A DNA stretch of 32,000 bases from an uncultured Candidatus Saccharimonas sp. Lineage in GTDB: Bacteria > Patescibacteriota > Saccharimonadia > Saccharimonadales > Saccharimonadaceae. Positions 1-8,584 of this stretch are shown here, piece by piece (positions within the stretch are counted from its first letter, which is position 1; every line of letters begins with the position of its first letter). The stretch is taken from positions 150,001 through 182,000 of the forward strand of contig CAURWT010000001.1 in NCBI GenBank assembly GCA_963528875.1. The letters are read 5' to 3'. A program made the position numbers and the translations under genes. The notes under the pieces are model-generated. The model worked only from the letters and a program-made list of their open reading frames with translations, ran no database searches and was not told where the DNA came from.

Positions 1-670
1 CATTGCCTTTTTTTGCATATAATTCAATAAGTAAAAGAATAAATAATTGAGAAGCAACAAAAAACAGACCGACAGTATCCGTATAAAATACCGTAGAATA
101 TGGAGAAAAGTTTATTATAGCAATAATAAATGTTGATATAATAGAAAATACATATTTATTAAATTTAACATAGATAATAGCCATTATAAACAATGAAGAA
201 AGAAGAATTAATATATTATTTATAAAAATTAGAAGTATATCTTTATCAATACCCACAAAATTAGCTATACGATATATTATTACTACAAAATAAGTTATAG
301 TTATATTATTATCATATCTCAATAAATAATTATATTCCCAAGCCTTATCGTCTGGATCAGTGTTACCAGTTTTTATATAATTATTAGCTATGGTTTGTAT
401 AGCACCAGCATCCCAAGAGTGTTGTGTTGAGGCAGTAGAAAAGCCAGTTATCATTTGAGAGATTAAAGCAATAAAAATAAAGAATACAAGCAGAGTTTTC
501 TTACTAAATTTTTTAGATAATAAAAAAACCGCCACAACAAATAAAATCAATAATATTGTTACAACTAATACTTTATAAGAATCATATATACTGAATATAT
601 TTTTCGAAAGACCAAATATGCCAAATATTAAGCTGATAAGAGAAAATAATCTTAATGCCTTAATTACCAT
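1..670 (-). CDS. Polytopic membrane protein, N-terminal 223 codons; the ORF runs off the left edge. Possibly a GT-C-type glycosyltransferase or glycopolymer polymerase.
   Basis: Not in the supplied ORF track because it is open-ended. The reverse complement of 1-670 reads ATG GTA ATT AAG GCA ... with no stop codon to the window edge. The product (MVIKALRLFSLISLIFGIFGL...) is mostly hydrophobic helices with one polar loop (STQHSWDAGAIQTIANNYIKTGNTDPDDKAWEYNYLLRYDNN). The function is guessed only from topology and the glycosyltransferase neighbourhood. Confidence 0.55.
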   Translation of the reverse strand, partial: MVIKALRLFSLISLIFGIFGLSKNIFSIYDSYKVLVVTILLILFVVAVFLLSKKFSKKTLLVFFIFIALISQMITGFSTASTQHSWDAGAIQTIANNYIKTGNTDPDDKAWEYNYLLRYDNNITITYFVVIIYRIANFVGIDKDILLIFINNILILLSSLFIMAIIYVKFNKYVFSIISTFIIAIINFSPYSTVFYTDTVGLFFVASQLFILLLIELYAKKGN

Positions 671-676
671 GTCATC

Positions 677-685
677 ATTATAACA
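677..685 (-). promoter_or_regulatory. Extended -10 box TGTTATAAT, 6 nt upstream of the ATG at 670-668
   Basis: The reverse complement of 677-685 is TGTTATAAT. Only GATGAC separates it from the ATG, and there is no Shine-Dalgarno sequence. Confidence 0.5.
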
Positions 686-720
686 CACGCTAATCCAATA
701 TTCAATTTCAACACACTGTA

Positions 721-729
721 TGCTATAAT
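721..729 (+). promoter_or_regulatory. Extended -10 box TGCTATAAT, 7 nt upstream of the ATG at 737
   Basis: Direct read of 721-729. There is no SD between the box and ATG 737. Confidence 0.5.
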
Positions 730-736
730 GGTATAT

Positions 737-2878
737 ATGAAAAGTATAGAAGAGACTAAATTATCTATAGTAGTAACAGCCCATAACGAAGGATTGTATC
801 TATATAAAACAATATTATCCATAGAAAAATCTATAGAACTGTTACCCGAAATAAGCTATGAAATAATTATAAGTCTAGATAATCCAGATGATGAAACTAT
901 AAGAGTTGCTAAATTTTTGAGTAAGAAAAAACAAATCAGAATATTCGAATCATCTTTCGGAAACCCTGCAGATAATAGAAATTTTGCAATTTCGAAAGCA
1001 AAAGGATCAATATGTGCGCTTATAGATGGCGATGATCTAGTGTCTAAGAATTGGTTCAAGAATGGATTAGAAAAATTAAAAGAAAACGAAAATTCAATTA
1101 TTAGGCCTCAAATACATGCAATGTTTGGTACACGCATGAATTCTCTATCAATATGGCAAATGCGAAATTCTACAGAAAAAAATATAGACTCTATACAGAT
1201 GTCATATTGGAATCCATGGACATTAACTTTAATAGCTAAAACAGAGTTATTAAAAGATACGCCATTCAAACCCCAAAAAGGAGGTTTTGGATTCGAGGAT
1301 TATCTATTTAACTGTGATATTATTTCTAAAAATATACCCATACTTATTGCGCCTGAAACTACTTTCTTCTATCGCCAGCGACCTAACGTCTCGGTATCAA
1401 CCCAACACAAAAATACAATCCTAGACTATTCAGATCTGTTCGATATAGAATATATTAAGTCAGTCGAAATGCCAACACCTCAAAAAAAGACAAGCTCTAG
1501 GATTAATATTAAAAAATATTATCGAGCACTATACGATATTGCAAAAAAATCAGAGAATATAAGAAGGGCTATGTCGCCAGTAGCATCAAGAATCCTGAGC
1601 AAAAAAAATATGAAAAAGCTCCCTACCTTCTTTATTGAAGATTGGCGAGAAATTAATGCTATAGAAAATCAACTCTACCCCACGAAAGAAAAAATATCAC
1701 AAGTAGAATTTCATCCACTAACTTTTAACCCATTAGACAATGAGTATGGAATCGTATATAAAAAGCTATGCGAACAGATATCTGGAAATAATATAGATTA
1801 TTTGTTCTTAGCACCTGCTATGAGCGGAAGGGGCGGAACAGAAAAGTTAATTTCTAACTATATCAGAGCTTTAAAAGAGATTCACCCTAAATGGAATATA
1901 GGAATATTATCGACACAGCCTTTTAATAAGCCAACTATCGATTTTTTCAGTAATTTAGGCGTAGATCTAATAGATTTCGGAAGATTAACTAAAAAAATGG
2001 GAGATTACGAAAAAAATATAATATGGTCGCGTCTCCTAATTCAAGCAAAAATTAAAAATCTACACTTAATAAATGATGAATACTGGTATAGATGGCTATC
2101 AGAGCATAAGTCAGTAATTAAAGAAAAAAATATTAAATTAAATATATCTTTGTTTATGCGTGAATTTACTAGCCAAAAAGATAGAATACTTTCATTCGCA
2201 GATCCTCAATTAGTAGAAGTGTGGGATATAGTTAATTTAGTTTTCACAGATAACCAAGCGGTAATAGATCAAGCCTTGGAAAATAATTTATTCGAAAAGT
2301 CTAAGTTTAGAGTTCACTATCAACCACAAACTATAGAAGAAGATAACAATTCGAATAATATAGAATATGGTCAAAAAATTAAAATTCTATGGGCCAGCAG
2401 AATAGCACTCCAAAAAAGACCAGATATCCTTAAAAAAATATCTAAAGAGCTCTCGAAAGATTTCGAAATAGATGCATACGGGGTCATTGAGAAAAAACAA
2501 TATAGCAAAAAATATTTCAAGGACTCTCGAGTTAACTATATGGGAGGATTTAAAGGTATAAATTCTATAGAAACAAGTAACTACGATATATATTTATATA
2601 CCTCTCAAACAGATGGAGTTCCGAATATATTGTTAGAAGTAGCATCCAAAGGAATACCAATAGTATCCAGTAACATTGGCGGAATCAGCGAGTTTATAAC
2701 CGATAAAGAGAGCGGATTATTAGTAGATATGGAAGATATAGATGGATATGTAAAAGCTATAGAATTCCTGAAAAACAATCCGACATATGCAGAAAAATTT
2801 ACAGCAAATTTGCGAAAAAAGCTAAAAACGCAGCATTCATGGAAAAGCTTTATAGATAAGATTTCTAAGGATATATAA
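737..2878 (+). CDS. Two-domain glycosyltransferase: N-terminal GT2 (GT-A) fused to a C-terminal GT4-like (GT-B) domain
   Basis: ORF 728..2878. I prefer ATG 737 because 721-729 is a -10 box. The N-terminus (SIVVTAHNE...SLDNPDDET...IDGDDLV) matches the GT2 DxD pattern. The C-terminus (QTDGVPNILLEVASKGIPIVSSNIGGISEFI..ESGLLV) matches the GT-B nucleotide-sugar binding region. Confidence 0.8.
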   Translation: MKSIEETKLSIVVTAHNEGLYLYKTILSIEKSIELLPEISYEIIISLDNPDDETIRVAKFLSKKKQIRIFESSFGNPADNRNFAISKAKGSICALIDGDDLVSKNWFKNGLEKLKENENSIIRPQIHAMFGTRMNSLSIWQMRNSTEKNIDSIQMSYWNPWTLTLIAKTELLKDTPFKPQKGGFGFEDYLFNCDIISKNIPILIAPETTFFYRQRPNVSVSTQHKNTILDYSDLFDIEYIKSVEMPTPQKKTSSRINIKKYYRALYDIAKKSENIRRAMSPVASRILSKKNMKKLPTFFIEDWREINAIENQLYPTKEKISQVEFHPLTFNPLDNEYGIVYKKLCEQISGNNIDYLFLAPAMSGRGGTEKLISNYIRALKEIHPKWNIGILSTQPFNKPTIDFFSNLGVDLIDFGRLTKKMGDYEKNIIWSRLLIQAKIKNLHLINDEYWYRWLSEHKSVIKEKNIKLNISLFMREFTSQKDRILSFADPQLVEVWDIVNLVFTDNQAVIDQALENNLFEKSKFRVHYQPQTIEEDNNSNNIEYGQKIKILWASRIALQKRPDILKKISKELSKDFEIDAYGVIEKKQYSKKYFKDSRVNYMGGFKGINSIETSNYDIYLYTSQTDGVPNILLEVASKGIPIVSSNIGGISEFITDKESGLLVDMEDIDGYVKAIEFLKNNPTYAEKFTANLRKKLKTQHSWKSFIDKISKDI

Positions 2879-2886
2879 TTAAATAT

Positions 2887-4002
2887 ATGAGCAATAATTC
2901 GAAATACTTAATAAGTTTTATAGTACCCGTATTCAATACGGGTACTAATATAGAAAACATTGTTAATTCAATACTTAAAGTAAGTAGCACAATGGATAAT
3001 ATATTAGAAATTATAGTTGTTGATGACGGATCAGATGATCAAGAAACGCTAGATTCTCTAAAAAATATATCCAAGCTTAATGATGTATCAGTAATAAGAC
3101 AAAAAAATTCTGGCCCTAGCGCATCTAGAAATATTGGAATATCTAACACATCTGGAGAATGGATTGGATTTTGCGATTCAGACGATATTATAGATTCCGA
3201 ACATCTTTTAAACACCATAAAAACAATAAAAATGAATAATTATAAAAATTCAGATATGCTTGTTTTTGGGTGGAACATAAGGCATGATCAAAATAATAAA
3301 AGTACTTATAGACACATTAATTTAGAAAAACAATCCATAACAGGTAAAAATGATATAACACAAAAAACATTGAAATCTCTAAGTTTAGATGGACGAATGT
3401 ATAATCTGTGGAATAGGCTTTATAGAAAAAATATAATCCGTGATAATAATATTAAATTAGATGAAAACCTTAGATTTGGAGAGGATCTAATATTCAACCT
3501 GAATTTCTTATTAAAATCAAGCAGGATTGACATACTAGATGTAGCCCCTTATTACACATATATTTCCAATAGTGAAACGAGTATAGTAAAAACTACAAAG
3601 CTCAACACTGAATATAGAATAAAAAATGCAAGAGAGTTAGATAAATTTTCAAAAATAGCAAATCAGCACGATAACCCCTATGTTCAACTCATTAAAGCTA
3701 GGTGGCTAATATCTTTCATAATGTCATCTATTCAATATTCAATCAAGCAAGAAGGATATAAAAAATCTTTAAATAATGTAAAGCGTATAATTGACAATAG
3801 AATACTAGCACCAAAATTTATTAAAAAAACACCAGAGATTGGTATAATAAAATATATACTTCTACTTATAGCAACCTTAATACTAAAAAATGCTCTATTA
3901 ACATTTATTTTGGCTAATATATTATTGTTTATTAAAAATATTAAATCTCAAAAAAATACGAAATTAGATGAAAAATATTACACACTGAAAAAAATAAGCT
4001 AA
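2887..4002 (+). CDS. GT2-family glycosyltransferase with a C-terminal membrane anchor
   Basis: ISFIVPVFNTGTNIENIVNSIL...IVVDDGSDD...NSGPSASRNIGI...FCDSDD are classic GT2 motifs. The hydrophobic tail is IIKYILLLIATLILKNALLTFILANILLFI. Confidence 0.8.
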   Translation: MSNNSKYLISFIVPVFNTGTNIENIVNSILKVSSTMDNILEIIVVDDGSDDQETLDSLKNISKLNDVSVIRQKNSGPSASRNIGISNTSGEWIGFCDSDDIIDSEHLLNTIKTIKMNNYKNSDMLVFGWNIRHDQNNKSTYRHINLEKQSITGKNDITQKTLKSLSLDGRMYNLWNRLYRKNIIRDNNIKLDENLRFGEDLIFNLNFLLKSSRIDILDVAPYYTYISNSETSIVKTTKLNTEYRIKNARELDKFSKIANQHDNPYVQLIKARWLISFIMSSIQYSIKQEGYKKSLNNVKRIIDNRILAPKFIKKTPEIGIIKYILLLIATLILKNALLTFILANILLFIKNIKSQKNTKLDEKYYTLKKIS

Positions 4003-4024
4003 AAAAATAATATTTTTTATTTTA

Positions 4025-4054
4025 ATACCACTGCTTAAACTCAAGTAGTGGTAT
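4025..4054. terminator. Hairpin between convergent genes; likely a bidirectional terminator
   Basis: ATACCACT (4025-4032) pairs with AGTGGTAT (4047-4054), and both flanks are A/T-rich. Confidence 0.45.
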
Positions 4055-4074
4055 TATTTAAAAGCTCTCTATTC

Positions 4075-5238
4075 CTATTCAATAATATTCTTTTTCACTA
4101 AACCATAGTCGTTATCGGTTTTAGTAGTTAAATACTTAAATCTAAAATCACCACCATCAAAAGTATTAGCAATAGCCTTAGAATGATCTTTATTTTTTTC
4201 GTATAGAACTGCAACAACTCTAAAGTCGGTAGAATTAAAATTGTCTAAAGAAATCCTAATATTAAATAATGAATTATCTGTAGAAACCTTTACATGACCG
4301 CTGTCATACACTCTACCACCTCTACCTTCATCTTGAAGAGTATAAGCAATATATAATTCAGCATCACCGTTATACGAATATTCTATATCAGCCTCAAAAT
4401 ATTCACCATGATGAATAATTGGTTTATTACCAACAATTTTAATTGAAGAAGAACTATTATCATTAGTAGAACTATGATTATTGCGAGAATTAAGCGTGTC
4501 TAGATTGGAAGCTATGTATTTCTCAGCAACTTTATCAACATCACCAGATTCACTTATCATACCATCTGCAATAAAAATAGCATTATTACAATATTTTTTA
4601 ACATCCGCCATTGAATGTGTAACCAAGATAACAGTTTTAGTTTTATCTTTCTTAATATTTTCGAAAAAATCATTACATTTACGCTGAAAAGCTTCATCAC
4701 CAACTGCCAAAACTTCATCCAACACTAAAATATCACCTTGAGCTTTAATAGCGATTGAAAAAGCCAAACGAACTTGCATTCCACTAGAGTAATTCTTTAG
4801 TTTTTGATCCATGAATTCTTCAAGCTCAGCAAATTCCACAATTTCATTATACATTGCGGAAATTTCTTCTTTCGAAAAACCAAGAAGTGCACCATTCAAA
4901 TAAATGTTTTCACGGCCAGTAAGTTCTGGATTAAATCCAACACCAAGTTCAATAAATGGGACCAAAGTTCCGTCAACTTTTACCGTACCACTCTCTGGCG
5001 TATAAATTTGCGAAATAATTTTAAGTAATGTAGATTTTCCTGAACCATTTCGACCAACAATACCATAAAAATCACCTTTTTTAACCTTGAATGAAATATC
5101 TTTAAGAACTTTTTGTTCTTTATAACCTTTAATTCCCTTCGTCCAGTTTACAAAAGCCTGTTTAATGCCGCTCGCCTGTTCTGTCGGTAAATGAAAACTT
5201 TTCGAAACATTTTTTACTTCTAAAGCGTATTTTCCCAT
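4075..5238 (-). CDS. Glycopolymer-export ABC transporter ATP-binding protein (Wzt/TagH type) with an extra C-terminal beta-rich domain
   Basis: Walker A is GRNGSGKST, the ABC signature is YSSGMQVRLAFS and Walker B is ILVLDEVLAVGD. About 130 aa follow the NBD, as in Wzt proteins with a C-terminal glycan-binding domain. The start overlaps the permease stop (TAATG). Confidence 0.85.
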   Translation of the reverse strand: MGKYALEVKNVSKSFHLPTEQASGIKQAFVNWTKGIKGYKEQKVLKDISFKVKKGDFYGIVGRNGSGKSTLLKIISQIYTPESGTVKVDGTLVPFIELGVGFNPELTGRENIYLNGALLGFSKEEISAMYNEIVEFAELEEFMDQKLKNYSSGMQVRLAFSIAIKAQGDILVLDEVLAVGDEAFQRKCNDFFENIKKDKTKTVILVTHSMADVKKYCNNAIFIADGMISESGDVDKVAEKYIASNLDTLNSRNNHSSTNDNSSSSIKIVGNKPIIHHGEYFEADIEYSYNGDAELYIAYTLQDEGRGGRVYDSGHVKVSTDNSLFNIRISLDNFNSTDFRVVAVLYEKNKDHSKAIANTFDGGDFRFKYLTTKTDNDYGLVKKNIIE

Positions 5239-6062
5239 TACATAATCTCCGCAAATTTTTTCGAATTTTTATTAAAATACCATAGTCCGAAAGCTACTAA
5301 TAAAGTTGTGATCAAAATCGGAATTAACGCAAACCAGTAATTTTCGAAAATTGTCCAGAAAGTTGGTGTTTCATGAGCGATTAGATTGTGACGAATGTCT
5401 TGAATTGCAAGCGCAATCGGGTTAAGCATCATGATTTTCGCAATCGAAACTCCAAAAATTGAAACTTTTGCAACCATTGAAATTGGATACATAATTGGCA
5501 TTGAATAGACTAAAATCTGCATAAATACTTCCCAGATATGCGAAATATCACGGAATTTAACATAAAGAGTTGATAAAATTAACGCTAAACCAAAAGCTGT
5601 AGCAAAAAGAAGTATAATGTTAAATGGCAAAATTAAAACAGACCATTGGAATTTTACACCAGCAAAAATTGCAAAAGCTAAAACAACCAAAAGATTAATT
5701 GAAAGTGAAATTAAAGCACTCACCATTGAAGAAATAATCACGATATATTTTGGAAAATTAATTTTTCGCATCAAATCACCACGAGCAACAATTGAATTCA
5801 TCCCCAAAGTAACTGCTTCGGTAAAAAATCCCCAAAGAGAGAGACCAAGGAGTAGAGTTATTGCATAGTTTGGAATTGAAGAATCAGTAATTCGCAAGAA
5901 TTTTACAAATATAAAATACATCACCACAAAAATCATAAGTGGCTTAAGAACTGACCATAAAATTCCCAAAGCTGAGCCTTGATACCTTAACTTAAAATCT
6001 GTTTTAACGAGTTCTGCAAGCAGAACCCGATTCCTCTTTTCAAAAAATCCTATTTTAATCAT
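5238..6062 (-). CDS. ABC-2 type transporter permease (Wzm/TagG type)
   Basis: Six-helix hydrophobic protein whose N-terminus (ELVKTDFKLRYQGSALGILWSVLKPL) is typical of ABC-2 permeases. It is translationally coupled to the ATPase. Confidence 0.85.
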   Translation of the reverse strand: MIKIGFFEKRNRVLLAELVKTDFKLRYQGSALGILWSVLKPLMIFVVMYFIFVKFLRITDSSIPNYAITLLLGLSLWGFFTEAVTLGMNSIVARGDLMRKINFPKYIVIISSMVSALISLSINLLVVLAFAIFAGVKFQWSVLILPFNIILLFATAFGLALILSTLYVKFRDISHIWEVFMQILVYSMPIMYPISMVAKVSIFGVSIAKIMMLNPIALAIQDIRHNLIAHETPTFWTIFENYWFALIPILITTLLVAFGLWYFNKNSKKFAEIM

Positions 6063-6072
6063 TATGCTTTTA

Positions 6073-6081
6073 ATTATATCA
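6073..6081 (-). promoter_or_regulatory. Extended -10 box TGATATAAT, 10 nt upstream of the permease ATG (6062-6060)
   Basis: The reverse complement of 6073-6081 is TGATATAAT, and no SD lies in the 10-nt gap. Confidence 0.5.
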
Positions 6082-6158
6082 TATATCGCCTAACACTCCA
6101 ACACTAAACTATTTTTAACACCTAAAAACTAGCTAACTTTCTAGATTATTTTTAATAA

Positions 6159-6186
6159 GTTAAAACAGCATCTCTGCTGTTTTAAC
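6159..6186 (-). terminator. Rho-independent terminator after the LGFP-repeat gene
   Basis: Perfect 12-bp inverted repeat GTTAAAACAGCA/TGCTGTTTTAAC with a 4-nt loop. It starts 2 nt after the stop codon at 6189-6191 and has a U-rich tail on the minus strand. Confidence 0.65.
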
Positions 6187-6188
6187 TG

Positions 6189-7916
6189 CTATTTATCTAT
6201 TTTTAATATATATTTATTACCAACACCCGTAATTAATCCTCTTTCGAAATTCTGAGTCCATTTACCATCATTCCATGCTTCATTCTTTAACGGTAAGCCG
6301 AGTTTATCTTTTTGCGTATCATTTAATGAATTATAGAATTTAAATACATCACCCTGAATCTCCCAATATCCTAAATTATCGTTTCCTATAATATCACCCC
6401 TCTCGTAGTGTTGTATCTTATAACCTTTTTCTTCAATAACATCACTAGTAGGAAATCCTAAAGCACCTTTTTCATTACCAATCTTATTCCAGCGTTCGCG
6501 TATTTTACCATAACTTTCATGATATCCAGATTTTGGACTACCTATAATAAAACCATTCTGATATTTCTGGAACCATCCACCTTGAATAGTTGAAAATTCT
6601 TGTGTTATAGGTAATCCCATCTTACCATGTTCATACCCTAATTGAGCATACTTATCTCTAATTAAACCAATACTTTCCCAATATCCAGTACTATCGCTTC
6701 CAATTATGAAACCATTCTGATATTTTTGTGCACGACCATTATTGATAATGTTAAAATATCCAGATAGTGGTAATCCCATCTTACCATGTTCATACCCTAG
6801 CTCAGAATATCTTTGTCTAATTTTACCATAGTTTTCCCAATATCCAGTACTATCGCTTCCAATTATGAAACCATTTTTAAACCTTTGGAATATTGATTTA
6901 TCGGTCTTGAAAAATTCAGAATCTACATCACCAAGATATCCTTTTTCGCCACCTAGCTCAATATATCTTTCATATATTCCACTATGTATTCTTTTACTTT
7001 CAAGAGTTGAACCAAATAGCTGGTTAAAGAACATAAAGAAATTACGATTTCCATAAGCTCCACAATGTGAAGTTCCCGGATAATTTGCTAGCGCTGAATC
7101 ATTCGGAACATACGGCGTATAAATATATAAACTTAAAGTTGCAATATTTTCAATATTAACACGTTTTGTACCACAAGCTGGATTTGGTGAATATTGAATA
7201 TTATTCCATCCAAGCTTTAGTGAATAACCACCATCTTTATGATGGTCTTTATAATATTTTAGCTGCCAAGCTGCCAAAGTCATTTGTTTATAAAAACCAG
7301 CTTTCGAATCCGCACAAGCAGCAGAAAATCCAGGCCCAGAATCTGGGCAAGCATAGCCCATCGCATATTTATATTGAGTTTTCACTGGCCAATTATCATC
7401 TAGTAAATTGAGAGATTCTTTCTTTAGCAAAACTAACAAAACTTGCGGGTTAATTTCATATTTTTGAGCTGCATCATAAATAATCTGTGCTGCCGAAATT
7501 CCACCTTCGAAAGATCCGCCACCTTTTTCGAAAGAAGTTTCGCCAGTATTTGGATTTTCATGATAATTATTTATGCATACATATGGAGGTTTATGCCAAT
7601 AATTTGAATTTTGTGCAGCAGCAAATTGGGCAGCGGTTCTGCCATCATTTTTTCCAGAAGGGCCAGTACCCCAAGTATCACAACTACCAATTTGTTTGTT
7701 TAAAAAGCTTTGGATTTGCTGCACATTCATTGCATCTTTATTATAAAAAATACTGTCGTCAATAATTCGGCCAGGATTGAAATCAGTTGCTTTAACAGCG
7801 TTAGAAAGATTTCTAAGTACAGCTAAAGCACTAAAAACAATAATCGCCACAACTGGCACACCAATTAAAATTGACTTTTTAAATTTTCTACTTCTCGATT
7901 GTAAAACTTTGAGCAT
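6189..7916 (-). CDS. Secreted or wall-associated protein: signal anchor, putative peptidoglycan/glycan-hydrolase-like domain and five LGFP-type repeats
   Basis: N-terminal TM segment ILIGVPVVAIIVFSALAVL. The central segment (ISAAQIIYDAAQKYEINPQVLLVLLKKESL) resembles muramidase/glucosaminidase families. There are five ~53-aa repeats of the form Y..LG.E.G.LG.P.......G...Q.YQNGFIIGS..GY. Confidence 0.7.
   Translation of the reverse strand: MLKVLQSRSRKFKKSILIGVPVVAIIVFSALAVLRNLSNAVKATDFNPGRIIDDSIFYNKDAMNVQQIQSFLNKQIGSCDTWGTGPSGKNDGRTAAQFAAAQNSNYWHKPPYVCINNYHENPNTGETSFEKGGGSFEGGISAAQIIYDAAQKYEINPQVLLVLLKKESLNLLDDNWPVKTQYKYAMGYACPDSGPGFSAACADSKAGFYKQMTLAAWQLKYYKDHHKDGGYSLKLGWNNIQYSPNPACGTKRVNIENIATLSLYIYTPYVPNDSALANYPGTSHCGAYGNRNFFMFFNQLFGSTLESKRIHSGIYERYIELGGEKGYLGDVDSEFFKTDKSIFQRFKNGFIIGSDSTGYWENYGKIRQRYSELGYEHGKMGLPLSGYFNIINNGRAQKYQNGFIIGSDSTGYWESIGLIRDKYAQLGYEHGKMGLPITQEFSTIQGGWFQKYQNGFIIGSPKSGYHESYGKIRERWNKIGNEKGALGFPTSDVIEEKGYKIQHYERGDIIGNDNLGYWEIQGDVFKFYNSLNDTQKDKLGLPLKNEAWNDGKWTQNFERGLITGVGNKYILKIDK
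6610..6875. repeat. Near-identical 159-bp-period DNA repeats inside the LGFP gene
   Basis: A 30-nt identity (GGTAATCCCATCTTACCATGTTCATACCCT) occurs at 6610-6639 and 6769-6798. A 43-nt identity (TTTCCCAATATCCAGTACTATCGCTTCCAATTATGAAACCATT) occurs at 6674-6716 and 6833-6875. Confidence 0.9.
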
Positions 7917-8490
7917 CCGACCTTCCTTCTTGTTTTTGTTTTGAATTTTTATAAGTTGTTATTGCTGTCCATTTTCCAGTTTTAAATTCACTATCACTAA
8001 TTTTTTTCGAAACTGCCTTACAATATTTATTGTTTGGACTCTCTAAAATTTCGGTTGAAAGTTCAATTTTAGTTCCATCAGAATGCGTTAGAGTATATGA
8101 ACATTTACCATTTCCATCGTCATAAAGGAGCCCTGAAATCTGCCCAGCCACGCGAACTGCGCCATCTTCAACTTGCACAGTTGTATAAGTTGGAAATTTT
8201 GTATATCCCGAGGATTCAACAGTTCCTTCAGCACGATCAGTATTGTTATTTTTAGTTTTCGAATTAATGATTTCTTTCGCAGCTTCTTGCTTTTTAGTTT
8301 CTTCAGGTTTTTTCGAATCTTCTTTTTTCTCTTCAACTTTTGAGGTATTTTCTTCTTTTTTCTCATTATTTTTTTGAGAATTTAAATTTACCCACCAGAA
8401 AATTCCACCAGCACCAGCGACCAGTAAAATTACAAATGTAGCAAAAATAATAGTTTTAGTTTTTTTAGTATTTTGTGTGTTTATTTTCAT
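7888..8490 (-). CDS. Membrane-anchored hypothetical protein with a Lys/Glu-rich linker and a small Cys-containing globular domain
   Basis: N-terminal TM segment IIFATFVILLVAGAGGIFWWV, then KKEENTSKVEEKKEDSKKPEETKKQEAAKE. An AGGAGA SD lies 7 nt upstream of the ATG. The 3' end overlaps the next gene by 29 nt. Confidence 0.6.
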   Translation of the reverse strand: MKINTQNTKKTKTIIFATFVILLVAGAGGIFWWVNLNSQKNNEKKEENTSKVEEKKEDSKKPEETKKQEAAKEIINSKTKNNNTDRAEGTVESSGYTKFPTYTTVQVEDGAVRVAGQISGLLYDDGNGKCSYTLTHSDGTKIELSTEILESPNNKYCKAVSKKISDSEFKTGKWTAITTYKNSKQKQEGRSDAQSFTIEK

Positions 8491-8508
8491 TTTATTTCTC
8501 CTAAACCA

Positions 8509-8517
8509 ATTTTAGCA
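8509..8517 (-). promoter_or_regulatory. Extended -10 box TGCTAAAAT with an 18-nt SD-containing leader, for the 7888..8490 gene
   Basis: The reverse complement of 8509-8517 is TGCTAAAAT, followed by TGGTTTAGGAGAAATAAA and then the ATG. Confidence 0.45.
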
Positions 8518-8566
8518 TAAGCCAAATAAAATTTCAACATTTTGGTTATATTTTTTGGTGATTTTG

Positions 8567-8575
8567 TGCTATAAT
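8567..8575 (+). promoter_or_regulatory. Extended -10 box TGCTATAAT, 9 nt upstream of ATG 8585
   Basis: Direct read of 8567-8575. There is no SD before ATG 8585. Confidence 0.5.
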
Positions 8576-8584
8576 ATAATTACT

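Noticed and set aside
8088-8366. 92-aa Lys-rich ORF nested in the same strand as the 7888..8490 gene
   Set aside because: It is an alternative-frame reading of the low-complexity AAG/GAA-rich linker region. The outer ORF has the SD, the TM anchor and a coherent domain layout.
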